From Raillietiella orientalis (Eukaryota), in contig JAYWIR010000041.1 of the NCBI GenBank assembly GCA_036172245.1, positions 1 to 64,000 of the forward strand: a stretch of 64,000 bases of DNA, written 5' to 3'. Positions 63,683 to 64,000 of the stretch are shown here, one piece after another. Position 1 is the first letter of the stretch; every line of letters begins with the position of its first letter. The notes beneath the pieces were generated by a model. That model saw nothing but the letters and a program-made list of their open reading frames with translations, was not told the origin of the DNA and ran no database searches. The position numbers and the translations under genes were made by a program.

Positions 63683-64000
63683 TACATGGAATTGCACTTT
63701 GTATTTGGCGAAGGTGACACGGAGCTTCTTCCTAGCTCCTTGAGCATGGAATAGGCTTTTCGTCCTGGACAAGAACCTCTTGCTCATGTGTCAGCGAATG
63801 GTTGTGTTCTGTGTCTCAAGCCTCCTTTAAGCCACGCTACGACGAAATAGAATTTGCAGATTCGTGCCTGGGACTGTACAAAATACGGCAAGAAAGGTGG
63901 AGTGGAACAGTGTTTTGCTGGTCGTCCAGAGTCGTTCGCCTTCGTTGAGTTTGAGGAGCATTCGTGGCCCTCAAGCACAGGGCATCCATGGCAATTCTAC

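Noticed and set aside
1..64000. CRISPR arrays, rRNA genes, prokaryotic operons or defence systems
   Set aside because: No repeat-spacer array or rRNA-like sequence was seen; the genes are spliceosomal and eukaryotic.

Overview
Eukaryotic (invertebrate animal, arthropod-like) genomic DNA. It holds three intact, fully reconstructable housekeeping genes: prefoldin subunit 3/VBP1 (+, 9055-10203, 5 exons, 185 aa), CLPTM1 (+, 31231-34519, 10 exons, 588 aa) and Son of sevenless (-, 41373-34598, 19 exons, 1268 aa). CLPTM1 and Sos are convergent, with only 78 bp between their stop codons. 21 of the 31 introns are only 40-48 nt long. Gene bodies look CpG-depleted, whereas the surrounding DNA is CpG-rich. 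The rest is a graveyard of decayed transposons: piggyBac and Tigger/pogo transposase remnants, two long and several short L1/Tx1-like LINE relics, a probable RLE-type (R4/Dong-like) LINE relic, a hAT non-autonomous element with an 8-bp TSD carrying a LINE 3' fragment, and two related TA-flanked MITEs. The most unusual structures are a ~1-kb tRNA-headed insertion with a repeated CCCTYCGG motif inside a LINE ORF2, a 420-bp fold-back with 178-bp arms whose loop is itself an inverted copy of the flank, and a perfect 21-bp palindrome explained by template switching. All calls come from manual reading and translation; no database searches were run.
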